Source of the DNA: Dehalococcoidia bacterium
GTDB lineage: Bacteria; Chloroflexota; Dehalococcoidia; SZUA-161
Direction of reading: 5' to 3'
NCBI GenBank assembly: GCA_011174795.1
Contig: DUEY01000002.1
Span: 11,013-75,012, forward strand
DNA: 64,000 bases
Shown: positions 28,768 through 37,818 of the stretch, in pieces
How the letters are laid out: each line of letters starts with the position of its first letter
How positions within the stretch are numbered: position 1 is the stretch's first letter
Notes under the pieces: model-generated
The model's database searches: none
The model's input: only the letters and a program-made list of their open reading frames with translations
What the model was told of the DNA's origin: nothing
Position numbers and translations under genes: made by a program

Positions 28768-30357
28768 TCAGTGCACATGTTTCAAGTCGCCATCCATCGT
28801 GCCCCTCACCTTCTCCCTCTCCTCGGCAAAATCGAAACCCGTCCAGATTCCGATTGAACCAAGCACCGAGTCCTGAGGATGGTACTTACGGAAGATTTTA
28901 AAATAGTATGCCGCTTCCCGGCTGTTTATCTTCGCCAAAGGATTCTCAGCCTTGATGCGCTCGAAATCATCCTCACTTATTTCACTGTGAGCCAGCTTTT
29001 CCCCAAGGTCTTCGCAGCCCGCTCCCTGTGTGTACTGCACCTTGTAGCGCCATAGTATATCGTCGGGGAGGTAACCGGTATCTTCAAACGCCTTGCGCAG
29101 AATCCACTTCTCTATCCTATCCCCGACATATTCAGACTCACGAATCTTGAGCTCGGGAGGAATCTTCATAGCGAGGTCGACCATAGCTACATCCAAGAAA
29201 GGCACCCGTAACTCCAGGCTGAAGTACATCCCCATTCGGTCCGCACGCTGCAGGTTTATATTATGGAGATTGCCGATGCAGCGCCTCGCCTCCTTATTGA
29301 GAACATCAATGGGATAATGCTTCATATAGTGATAGCCCGTGAATATCTCGTCCGCCCCCTCACCTGTGAGCACCACCGTCACGTAATCGGCAGCCAGCTT
29401 GCAGGTGAAATAACAGGGAACGGCACAGCGTACAAGTGAAGGATCGTAGCTCTCAAGCTCCTTTATAACAATCGGCAGCGCCTCATAGTATTCATCCTCG
29501 GTAAATATCAACTCGTGATGTGTTGAGCCAATATGTTTTGCCGCAATACGGGAGGCCTTAAGGTCATCGCTCTCATCGCCGGATTCATCCTTCATGCCCA
29601 CCACGAAGGTGTGAAGATGAGGTATCTCTTCAGCAGCTATTGCAGCCACCAAGCTGCTGTCCAAACCGCCACTGCAGAAGGAGCCCACATGGATCTCCTT
29701 ATCCGACAACAACCTTTTCTTAACCGCCCGAATAAACGTTTCCCTGATTTTCATACAGGTCTGGTCTATATCCGTCAACATATGATCTTCGATAGGCGGA
29801 ATCTCATAGTACTGTACAAACCCCTCCTTAGGGGTGTAATAGTGCCCGGCGGGAAACTCATGACACTCCTCCACACCAGCCAGCGTCATAGCACCGAGTT
29901 CCGAGGAGAAATAAAGCTTGTCCTCAACATAGCCATAGTAGAGGGGTTTAATACCGATAGGATCGCGGGCCAGCATAAAATCATCACCATCGAAGATGGC
30001 AAATGCGAACATACCATCGAGTTCTTCTACACACCGAGGTCCTTTCTCTCGGTAAAGATGAAGAATTGATTCAGTATCCGACTGGGTCAGGAACTCGTAT
30101 TTAGAGATGAGCTTCTGCCGTAACTCCCGGTAGTTGTAGATTTCACCATTACAGATTATCCCCGTCCTTCCACCATTTACCAGAATGGGCTGATGGCCTT
30201 TAGCAACATCGACAATAGACAGCCTGGTGTGACCAAATACCGTGTTGTTGAAAGTATGGAGTCCGCGGTCATCTGGCCCTCGATGAGGCAGTGCGTCCAG
30301 CATTCGATTGATTGTCTTTTCGTCTCTGGTGCCAAAACAACCTGCTATGCCACACAT
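28768..30357 (-). CDS. asnB: asparagine synthase (glutamine-hydrolysing) family protein
   Basis: N-terminal MCGIAG Cys nucleophile, RLSIVD glutamine-binding motif, PP-loop SGGLDSS. Confidence 0.85.
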   Translation of the reverse strand: MCGIAGCFGTRDEKTINRMLDALPHRGPDDRGLHTFNNTVFGHTRLSIVDVAKGHQPILVNGGRTGIICNGEIYNYRELRQKLISKYEFLTQSDTESILHLYREKGPRCVEELDGMFAFAIFDGDDFMLARDPIGIKPLYYGYVEDKLYFSSELGAMTLAGVEECHEFPAGHYYTPKEGFVQYYEIPPIEDHMLTDIDQTCMKIRETFIRAVKKRLLSDKEIHVGSFCSGGLDSSLVAAIAAEEIPHLHTFVVGMKDESGDESDDLKASRIAAKHIGSTHHELIFTEDEYYEALPIVIKELESYDPSLVRCAVPCYFTCKLAADYVTVVLTGEGADEIFTGYHYMKHYPIDVLNKEARRCIGNLHNINLQRADRMGMYFSLELRVPFLDVAMVDLAMKIPPELKIRESEYVGDRIEKWILRKAFEDTGYLPDDILWRYKVQYTQGAGCEDLGEKLAHSEISEDDFERIKAENPLAKINSREAAYYFKIFRKYHPQDSVLGSIGIWTGFDFAEEREKVRGTMDGDLKHVH

Positions 30358-30426
30358 GGGTCTCGCCTTCTTAGCTTAGTCTACTCGTTTTTTGTTACGT
30401 CCATATTTCAAAGTTCAACGAACCGG

Positions 30427-31908
30427 TTATGCATTATCCAGGAAGAAAGCCGGCCTGAAAGGATCCCACCTGCCTACTAACCTATCGAAGGCAGGATCGG
30501 GGAATGTCTCCTTGAACATCCGGTAGTAATACAACTCCTCAACTGACGACAACCAGGGGGTATCCTCGGTCCTGTTGTGTTCTGCCAGGTCGATTGATGA
30601 GAGGTGCTTCTCAGCCTCCTCACGCATAGCATACGCTACACCAGAGCCCTGAGCGAAGAACCGCTTCGTCTGGTAGATGATGTGGTCGGGCAAACAACCC
30701 TCAAAGGCCTGTCGCAGGACCCACTTCCCCGTCTGCTCAGGGCCATGAATCTTGCAACTTAGTGGGATCTTCAGACAAAAGTCCATCACCCTTGCATCGA
30801 GGAACGGTGTGCGGCTTTCATACGAATTCGCAGCATTCAGTCTATCCAGCCGTTGTAGTGCTGTATTATGAGCAACATTGATAAGCTGGTCGACTATACT
30901 GGCGATCTCCTCAAGGTTTTTTCCCTGCCTGAACTGGCCGTCATACCCGGCTAAGAACTCATCAGCCCCTTCCCCAGTAAGAACGCACTTAGCATGCGGG
31001 CTGACAAAGCGCCCTGCCAAGAAATTGGCGATTGCACCGTGTACACAGCTTTCCTCATACATCTCCTGATGATAGATGGCCAAAGGCAGTATCTCGCTTA
31101 TCTCTTTTTCGCTAAACATCAAGATATGATGCTTAAGGCCAAGGTACTCCGTCACATCCTTTGCCAGCGGCAGGTCCTGCCCCTCCTCCATACTCACCGT
31201 AAAGCATTCGATATCCGGCTTTACCTCGTGGGCCATATAGGCAATAAGGCTGCTGTCCAGACCGCCACTCAGGAGGATACCTTTTACAGCGTTGTCCCTC
31301 ATCCTCTTTTCAGTTGCTTCCATTAAAAGCTGCTTTACCACTTTCTTGGCTTGCTCATAATCCTCGAAATCCGGTGTTTCGACGGCCTCGGAAGTCGGAT
31401 ACTTCTGGAATCCCAGTTCGCGGGAGTAAACGTATCCGGGCGGGAACTCCCTGACATCTCTAGAGATGCCCACCAGTGCTTTTGCCTCAGATGCAAAGCA
31501 CAGGCTCCCATCACTGTTATGCCCGTAGTATATCGGTTTAATACCAGCCCAATCACGAGCCAGTATTAGCTTGCCATTATCCGACACGGCACAGGCAAAG
31601 TCGCCGTTTATCTTAGCGGCAAAGCGGGTGCCGAACCTGACGTACAGGTCAAGCACAGCCTCAGCGTCGGCTTTAGTTCCCTTATCCGAATTGTAAACAC
31701 GCCCATCGAGAACGACCGCTACCTTGCCGTCAGAGGTATAATGGGAGCCATCCCTGCAGTCTGCACCCATATTCAGCTCATTGCAACCTACATTCACCTC
31801 GCCTTCGCGGCTCGTCCAAGTCTCGTGAGGGCCTCTGTGCTTGATCCGCTCAAGCATTCGGTCTAGCTCACCGTTATCAGCACCCTGAACTCCCGCTATT
31901 CCTGCCAA
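30427..31908 (-). CDS. AsnB-family ATP-dependent amidoligase with degenerate glutaminase domain (Cys1 replaced by Ala; beta-lactam-synthetase-like architecture)
   Basis: The N-terminus is MAGIAG (no Cys), and the glutamine-binding RLSI motif is replaced. The PP-loop SGGLDSS is retained. Confidence 0.75.
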   Translation of the reverse strand: MAGIAGVQGADNGELDRMLERIKHRGPHETWTSREGEVNVGCNELNMGADCRDGSHYTSDGKVAVVLDGRVYNSDKGTKADAEAVLDLYVRFGTRFAAKINGDFACAVSDNGKLILARDWAGIKPIYYGHNSDGSLCFASEAKALVGISRDVREFPPGYVYSRELGFQKYPTSEAVETPDFEDYEQAKKVVKQLLMEATEKRMRDNAVKGILLSGGLDSSLIAYMAHEVKPDIECFTVSMEEGQDLPLAKDVTEYLGLKHHILMFSEKEISEILPLAIYHQEMYEESCVHGAIANFLAGRFVSPHAKCVLTGEGADEFLAGYDGQFRQGKNLEEIASIVDQLINVAHNTALQRLDRLNAANSYESRTPFLDARVMDFCLKIPLSCKIHGPEQTGKWVLRQAFEGCLPDHIIYQTKRFFAQGSGVAYAMREEAEKHLSSIDLAEHNRTEDTPWLSSVEELYYYRMFKETFPDPAFDRLVGRWDPFRPAFFLDNA

Positions 31909-31931
31909 GAATCACCTCTTTCTAGGAGATT

Positions 31932-31961
31932 AATATATCTATGATATATCATAGATATATT
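31932..31961. promoter_or_regulatory. perfect 30-bp AT-rich palindrome (candidate operator) between the corrinoid-protein gene stop and the AsnB-like gene start
   Basis: taatatatctatgatatatcatagatatat is an exact reverse-complement match over 28-30 bp, about 24 nt upstream of the 31908 start codon. Confidence 0.5.
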
Positions 31962-31978
31962 TGATTCTACGCCCACGC

Positions 31979-32653
31979 CTACTGGTAGGCGTCCAGTACC
32001 TTAACAGCATCGAAGCCATCCACACAATAGGCATCCGCCCCTATCTCGCTGGCGTACTCATCGGACACCGCTGCCCCACCAATGAGAACCTTAACCTTGT
32101 CCCTGAGGCCACTCTCCTCCAGCGCCTTAATTACATTACCCATGACTACCATCGTGGTTGTCAGTAGAGCGGACAGCCCCAGATACTGAGGCTTCTCTTC
32201 CCTGACGAACTCAACAATCTTCTCCGTGGGCACATCTATACCCAGGTCATGCACCTCGTATCCCGCCCCTTTGAGCAAAATGGACACAATGTTCTTCCCG
32301 ATATCGTGTATATCACCCTGAACCGTGGCTATAGCGAATTTCCCCTTGGTCTCCACATTAGAAGCTTCCAGATGCGGCTTGAGCACATCCATGGCTGCGC
32401 CTACCGCCTCGGCAGAGGCAAGCATATCGGGGATGAAGTATTCCTTCGTAGAGAATTTCTCACCTACCACCTGCATCCCCGCAGTCAAACCCTCCGTGAT
32501 TATCACCTGCGGTGAGATACCCTTATCCAGAGCCTCCTTCGTCAACTCAAGAACACCGGGACCCGTGAGTTCCTCATCTATCCCTTCATCTTCCTCGGTT
32601 TTTCTTCCCTGGATAACGTTCTCCTTCATTGCCGCAATAATGTCCTCGCCCAT
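31979..32653 (-). CDS. cobalamin-binding corrinoid protein (second copy)
   Basis: DxHxxG motif (DIHDIGKN). Paralog of the 19109-19753 protein. Confidence 0.8.
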   Translation of the reverse strand: MGEDIIAAMKENVIQGRKTEEDEGIDEELTGPGVLELTKEALDKGISPQVIITEGLTAGMQVVGEKFSTKEYFIPDMLASAEAVGAAMDVLKPHLEASNVETKGKFAIATVQGDIHDIGKNIVSILLKGAGYEVHDLGIDVPTEKIVEFVREEKPQYLGLSALLTTTMVVMGNVIKALEESGLRDKVKVLIGGAAVSDEYASEIGADAYCVDGFDAVKVLDAYQ

Positions 32654-32655
32654 TT

Positions 32656-34197
32656 TTATCTCCTTTCCTCATATACGTTTAGTCTCGGCAACAAGCCGGG
32701 AATCTCCTGGAATATCTTAGCTGTTGTAGCCTTATCAATATGCTCTACCGGCTTCTCCAGGAGTTCCTGCATCCTGTCATATGCTATTTTAAATACGCTG
32801 TCCGTCTCCCCATCACCCTCAAAGGGATAGGGCGGCGAGAGTTGCCCGCTACGCATAACCTTGCGGATATAGCTGATATAAAGCTTCTGTGGTGTCGTTA
32901 CGACCTCCCGTATCTGCTTCAAGACCTCAGCAATCTCAGTTTCGTCAATACGCGGCGGCCTTAGGAAAAACTTAATCATCTGGAAGTGGGCATCATCCAG
33001 CACAGCCTGAAGAAGGCAGAAAACGGAATTGCAGTCAAGCAGACCGTATGCGCAGTGCAAGTACTGGGGCCCGCTCAAGGTAACCAATATGTCTGAGAAT
33101 AAACGCTCTATCGATGCTTGCTGTCCGGGCGTCTTCGTATCACAGACGCCCGCAGTCGAATAGTTAGGTATCCTGTAGAATCGCGCCATCTGGACGCAGT
33201 CGACATTGTACTGGCTGGTTTCAACAGCACCGTAGGAATCGCCGAGGGTATCCATGCGAGCCCGAACGGGGACGCTTCCATAAATGACCGGCGTACCCTT
33301 ATTTACCAGCTGACTCAAGGTTATACCCGCTAGAACCTCCGCGTTTATCTGAGCCATGATACCTGCTTCCTTGATAGGAGCGGTGCTCCCCGCCTGGGGT
33401 GACGAAGAAACCACCAGTGGCAGTCCCCTTCGGCAAATCTCGATAAATGTATCCGTAGTGTCCTCGACAAATTGCAGGGGGCTCTTGACCAGACAGGTGA
33501 TGAAGGAGATGATGGGATTCTCCCTAAGCTCTTCCTCCCCACCCACTATTATCTTCGCCATATTCACAACATTATCTAGTTGCTTCAGGCTGGTTAACCC
33601 CGACATAAAATGCTTGGTGTTATTATTCAAAGAGGCGAAATATTTATTGACGTCCTTATTCTCCTCTGTTATGTCCCTATCCTGAATGTTAACTGTACGG
33701 ATGTAGCCATCCACAGTCTCCAGATGCTCACAGACATGTGCTGACTTGCAGAGGTCAGCCACAGTACCGCGTCGCGGGTGGAACTCAGGCACCTGAATCT
33801 CCGTAGCAGGGTCGGATTTCTTCACATAGGTCGGGAAATCGACATCCAGCCAGATATTGGTTTCAGAGCCCGTGATAAAACGTACCCTTGGCTCTTCGCC
33901 ATCCAGTATCAGCATGTTCTCGGGATTCCTAGCGCCTAATTTAACCGTCTTGGGTGCGCTATCGAGGGCCTCGATAACTACCTTCTCCGGGATTCTCACC
34001 AGCCAGCACGGATGGTCGCTGGGGGAAACCGGCGTAACCTCCGCACCTTTGCCATCGAATATCTCAGCGGCCTCACGATTGAAAGACATCAGGCCAGGGT
34101 CGCTCAATATCTCTATGGAAGCCTGGTGAATCTGTTCCACCTGCTCTCTGGTCATCCTTTCGTAAGGCTTCTCAACTAAGATTCCTTCCCTAGGCAC
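32656..34197 (-). CDS. MttB-superfamily methyltransferase (non-pyrrolysine)
   Basis: 513 aa, colinear with the other MttB paralogs, uninterrupted ORF. Confidence 0.85.
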   Translation of the reverse strand: MPREGILVEKPYERMTREQVEQIHQASIEILSDPGLMSFNREAAEIFDGKGAEVTPVSPSDHPCWLVRIPEKVVIEALDSAPKTVKLGARNPENMLILDGEEPRVRFITGSETNIWLDVDFPTYVKKSDPATEIQVPEFHPRRGTVADLCKSAHVCEHLETVDGYIRTVNIQDRDITEENKDVNKYFASLNNNTKHFMSGLTSLKQLDNVVNMAKIIVGGEEELRENPIISFITCLVKSPLQFVEDTTDTFIEICRRGLPLVVSSSPQAGSTAPIKEAGIMAQINAEVLAGITLSQLVNKGTPVIYGSVPVRARMDTLGDSYGAVETSQYNVDCVQMARFYRIPNYSTAGVCDTKTPGQQASIERLFSDILVTLSGPQYLHCAYGLLDCNSVFCLLQAVLDDAHFQMIKFFLRPPRIDETEIAEVLKQIREVVTTPQKLYISYIRKVMRSGQLSPPYPFEGDGETDSVFKIAYDRMQELLEKPVEHIDKATTAKIFQEIPGLLPRLNVYEERR

Positions 34198-34252
34198 GTT
34201 ATTCCTCCTGATTAACTCAACAATTAGCAGAGCCCTGGTATCTATATCGCGG

Positions 34253-35062
34253 CTACTCTACCAGCAGGCCCTTCCTGTGAGCCCTGATAAAGCCTTTACA
34301 CGATGGGTCATTCCCCGTAAGCATATCAGCAACCCTGATGAAACTCATCATCCTAGCATCCAGTGGGTTCAGAATAGCGGCATCGAGCCCCGCAGAAGCT
34401 GCCATTACAAGAAAGGCACGGTTGACCAAACCCCGGTTCGGCAATCCGTAAGAGATGTTGCTGAGCCCGACCACAGTTTTTGCGGAAGGATAACGGGACT
34501 TAATCCCCTCAATAGTCTTCAGCGTGACGAACCCCTGGTTAGAATCTACAGAAACGGGAAGCACCAGAGGGTCGAAGAATATCTGCTCCTCCTGCATCCC
34601 CAGACGAGTCAAGTGCACCATGATCGACTCAGCAGCGTCGAGACGCTCGTCAACGGTGGGAGGGATTCCCCCCTCTCCCATAACCAGCGCCACCAGCGAA
34701 GCCCGGCGCTCCGCTGCTAATCTACCCACAGGTTCCAGCCTGTCAGGCTCGGCATTGACCGAATTGATCATCACATTGTCACCACGGTATTTACGCAAGC
34801 CAGCCTCAATAATGGAGGGAGTATCGCTATCAATAGCCAGCGGCTTCTCCGTTACTGACTGAACGATATCCACTAACCACTCCATCGCCATCGCAGGATT
34901 CTCCCAGGTGCCGTGGCCAACCCCAGCGTTTACATCTATGAAATCGGCCCCGGCAGCATCCTGCTCCCTAGTAAGGTTCTCCAGGAACTCCTGATTTTTA
35001 TTCGATATTGCCTCACCAACCGACTTGTTGGAGGCATTTATCTTCTCACCAATTACTAGCAA
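34253..35062 (-). CDS. methyltetrahydrofolate:corrinoid methyltransferase (MtrH/MeTr-like), second copy
   Basis: MLVIGEKINASNK...GADFIDVNAG. Paralog of the 18270-19067 protein. TTG start. Confidence 0.75.
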   Translation of the reverse strand: MLVIGEKINASNKSVGEAISNKNQEFLENLTREQDAAGADFIDVNAGVGHGTWENPAMAMEWLVDIVQSVTEKPLAIDSDTPSIIEAGLRKYRGDNVMINSVNAEPDRLEPVGRLAAERRASLVALVMGEGGIPPTVDERLDAAESIMVHLTRLGMQEEQIFFDPLVLPVSVDSNQGFVTLKTIEGIKSRYPSAKTVVGLSNISYGLPNRGLVNRAFLVMAASAGLDAAILNPLDARMMSFIRVADMLTGNDPSCKGFIRAHRKGLLVE

Positions 35063-35078
35063 CTTTCTACACTCCCAT

Positions 35079-36521
35079 CTACGATTCTACGATGCCTTTT
35101 ATCTCAGACAACACTCTGGCTCTTATGTCAACAGGCAAGCTATAGCCGTCTTTTGCCAAGATATCATCCACCCTCGCCGCCGCCCTCTCCCATGTTTTCT
35201 TAGCCCCTCCAGCCTCCCAATCCCCTCGGCTATTCCTATCGCTGAGCGCAGGCTGATAATGTTGATCTCGCATAAACCGCCTGGTATGCTTGGCGGAAAC
35301 GAAATTACCCCCCGGCCCCACCTCCTTAATGAGGTCAAAGGCCATCGTCTCCTCGTTCACCTCTATACCCTGAACAGCCCTCATCACCATCCCCAGTATC
35401 TCGTTATCCACAACATATTTCTCATAGCATGCAGTCAGAGCAAACTCCATAAGACCTGCAGCGTCGTGGATATAATTTGCGCCAGCCAGAGCATTGAGAA
35501 GTCCAGTGATAGCAGACTCATATCCGCTCTGTGCATCCACAACCTTAGCGTCAGTCATGCCTCCGGTGGAATAGAAGGGGAGCTGGTAAAACTGCGCCAT
35601 CTGTGCCCCACCCGCGTTAATGAGGCCCATCTCAACAGAGCCAGCCAGATAATTGAAGTTACTGAGGTCTGTGCTCGTTGCCACCGAGCCCAGAATAACA
35701 GGCGTCCCCGGACTCGCGAGTTGGGTAAGCATCACGCCCATCAATGAGTCTACTGTTTGCATTAATATATTACCGGCGAGCGTCACCGGCGAGGTAGCCC
35801 CACAGAGCGGTTCTGCGGGGCAGACCACAGGTATGCCGCTTCTTGCGATAGCTATCATAAAGTCGCCGTACTCTTTGTCTATCTTCAACGGGCTTATGGT
35901 ACAGGCTATCATCGATATAATAGGACGCTGGCGAAGGCTATCGGCAGAACCGGCGATAATCTCCGCCATCTTTATCACCTGCTTCAGACCATCCATGGTA
36001 TATAGCCCGCCCATAACATGCTTGCTGGTATTGTCCAAGCCTGCGAAGAAGCGATTTATGTCCACCTGCTCTATTGGCAAATCGTTAGGGTATGTAGGCA
36101 GCAGGAAGAAGTGGATATTATCCAGGTGGTCAACCAGCTTGGCGATGCACCTCAGGTCATCCAGGGTGGCAGGTGTCTTTTCACCCGTAGCCTGCCGAAA
36201 GATGTTCAGGGCAGTCCCCCCCGTCCCTGCATAGACACGAGTTCCACCCAGATGAAGATCGTGCTTCTCCTCTTGACCGCAGAGCGTTATCTCAGACGGC
36301 GCCATCTCTATCAGTTCCATCGCCTTCTCAGTTGGTAAACGCACCAGCCTCTTTTCGTCATCCACCAAAGCCCCCGCCCTCCTGAAAAGGTCCAGTCCGT
36401 TATCGGAATGAACCTGAAAGCCTACTTCCTCGATTACTCTCATGACATTCAGGTGCATCATCTGAATGCCCTCTTCGGTAATCGGCTTAAAGCTGCCGCC
36501 GGGTAATCCCCTCCGTATCAT
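35079..36521 (-). CDS. MttB-superfamily methyltransferase (non-pyrrolysine)
   Basis: Start set at the internal Met preceded by a strong SD (AGGAGGTG), which avoids a 62-nt overlap with the upstream gene. 480 aa. Confidence 0.8.
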   Translation of the reverse strand: MIRRGLPGGSFKPITEEGIQMMHLNVMRVIEEVGFQVHSDNGLDLFRRAGALVDDEKRLVRLPTEKAMELIEMAPSEITLCGQEEKHDLHLGGTRVYAGTGGTALNIFRQATGEKTPATLDDLRCIAKLVDHLDNIHFFLLPTYPNDLPIEQVDINRFFAGLDNTSKHVMGGLYTMDGLKQVIKMAEIIAGSADSLRQRPIISMIACTISPLKIDKEYGDFMIAIARSGIPVVCPAEPLCGATSPVTLAGNILMQTVDSLMGVMLTQLASPGTPVILGSVATSTDLSNFNYLAGSVEMGLINAGGAQMAQFYQLPFYSTGGMTDAKVVDAQSGYESAITGLLNALAGANYIHDAAGLMEFALTACYEKYVVDNEILGMVMRAVQGIEVNEETMAFDLIKEVGPGGNFVSAKHTRRFMRDQHYQPALSDRNSRGDWEAGGAKKTWERAAARVDDILAKDGYSLPVDIRARVLSEIKGIVES

Positions 36522-36528
36522 ATAGGTT

Positions 36529-37203
36529 TCACCTCCTGCCCAGACAATCGTATTTACGACAGGTTTCACAGGGATTGTAATTCTTCGCACCGCTATCGGG
36601 CGTACTTATACCAATAATACCTGAGATTGACTTTTGGGGAACCATAAGATAACCCTCGGTAAGTTGAACCCCTATCGAATCTCCTTCCAAAGCCGTAAAA
36701 ACCATCTCCTGCTGACTTATGTCCCAGTCACAATAGCCTGGGCTGAAGCGCCGACTGGTAACAAGTCCCTCAACCCTGGCTTTGTCATCCAGAATCCCCT
36801 TAACGAAATCTGCTAATTTTTCGACTGCATCTGACCCTATTGCATCCAGAACGTACGACTGAAGTATAAGCCCGTCTTCAGCCAGCCTATTAGCCATTTC
36901 CTCAAGATATTTCCCTATTGTTACTACAAATAACGCAACCTTACAACACCTGTCCAGCAGGCGAGCAATAACCTCGCCGTTAAACACGATCGACCCTTCA
37001 ATATAGATGTTAGAGCCCACCACCTGCTCGATATCCCTGATAATATATACGTACAACGGCTCGATTAGATTGTGAGCCTCTCCCATATATTCTTTAATCA
37101 AAGAAGAAATACGCAACGATGGTTTAATGCCATTGCGATATCCCAGATGGCGACACACGTTTTTTCTATCGATTTTTATATCTATATGATCGCTAGTAAC
37201 CAT
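36529..37203 (-). CDS. standalone vitamin-B12-dependent methionine synthase activation (reactivation) domain homolog
   Basis: RRFSPGYCDWDIS and LTEGYLMVPQKSISGIIG align with E. coli MetH RPAPGYPACPEHT and LTESFAMWPGASVSGWYF of the AdoMet-binding reactivation domain. Confidence 0.7.
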   Translation of the reverse strand: MVTSDHIDIKIDRKNVCRHLGYRNGIKPSLRISSLIKEYMGEAHNLIEPLYVYIIRDIEQVVGSNIYIEGSIVFNGEVIARLLDRCCKVALFVVTIGKYLEEMANRLAEDGLILQSYVLDAIGSDAVEKLADFVKGILDDKARVEGLVTSRRFSPGYCDWDISQQEMVFTALEGDSIGVQLTEGYLMVPQKSISGIIGISTPDSGAKNYNPCETCRKYDCLGRR

Positions 37204-37566
37204 ATGCTGTTCAGACCTCTTTCTTAGAGCAAAAGAAACACATTGAGCAGCCTTTCCCCTTATGATTCGAGATTAAGGAGATACGTTGCTAACAGAGAGG
37301 TTCGACTGTGGGGACTACCTTAAAAATAAATTGCTTGAGCGGAACTGAAGACCGCACGGAGTTATTAGAGGGTTAAAGGGGAAAACCAGGATGCTATCTA
37401 AACACGGGATAAGGTGCAGATAGAGGCCCCCCTGCTCACACGTCCCTTTCTACATCAGACCACTTTGCGCCCTCCTAGCCACATATGATACTCCTCTCCT
37501 ACCATTCTGTCTTGGGCAGAAACATAATAGCATATCCGCTCCCTGCTGTCCAGACTTCTCAGGGCT

Positions 37567-37586
37567 CTTTACAAATTTATGTAAAG
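37567..37586. promoter_or_regulatory. palindrome CTTTACA-N6-TGTAAAG in the 465-bp divergent intergenic region
   Basis: 7-bp perfect inverted arms lying between the minus-strand methyltransferase locus and the plus-strand thiC leader. Confidence 0.3.
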
Positions 37587-37667
37587 TACTAAGTCAATAC
37601 TCACCACGAAGGTTCACACTTGCATTCCGACCTGATTTGATGTATACTAAAGTCAAACCGAATATGG

Positions 37668-37757
37668 AACCGCTGGGGGAGCTCAGAGGCTGAGAGTCCG
37701 CCAAGGCGGACAACCCTTGGAACCTGACCTCGGTAATGCGAGCGTAGGAAAGCGGGA
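37668..37757 (+). ncRNA. TPP (THI-box) riboswitch
   Basis: CTGGGGGAGC..CTGAGAG...ACCCTTGGAACCTGACCTCGGTAATGCGAGCGTAGGAA matches the THI element consensus (CUGAGA, ACCCUUUGAACCUGAUCUGGUUAAUACCAGCGUAGGGAA). Confidence 0.85.
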
Positions 37758-37772
37758 GCTTCGAAGAAGAAA

Positions 37773-37806
37773 GGCCGCGAACCTAGGTTTGCGGCCTCTT
37801 TTTTGG
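37773..37806 (+). terminator. riboswitch expression-platform intrinsic terminator
   Basis: GGCCGCGAACCTAGGTTTGCGGCC hairpin followed by TCTTTTTTG, 12 nt before the thiC start. Confidence 0.7.
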
Positions 37807-37818
37807 GGAAACGAAATA

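Noticed and set aside
19795-36521. Possible in-frame amber (pyrrolysine) codon in the MttB homologs
   Set aside because: All four MttB-family ORFs are uninterrupted full-length reading frames in the track. They are therefore non-pyrrolysine members (MtgB-like), not trimethylamine MttB proper.
35040-36541. Apparent frameshifts when hand-translating the displayed text at the 35040/35041 and 36540/36541 line boundaries
   Set aside because: The ORF track, computed from the sequence, reads through both sites with homologous protein on each side. Each discrepancy is a single missing base exactly at a line break, so I treat it as a display artefact, not a pseudogene. It does mean my hand-counted coordinates may be off by 1 nt.
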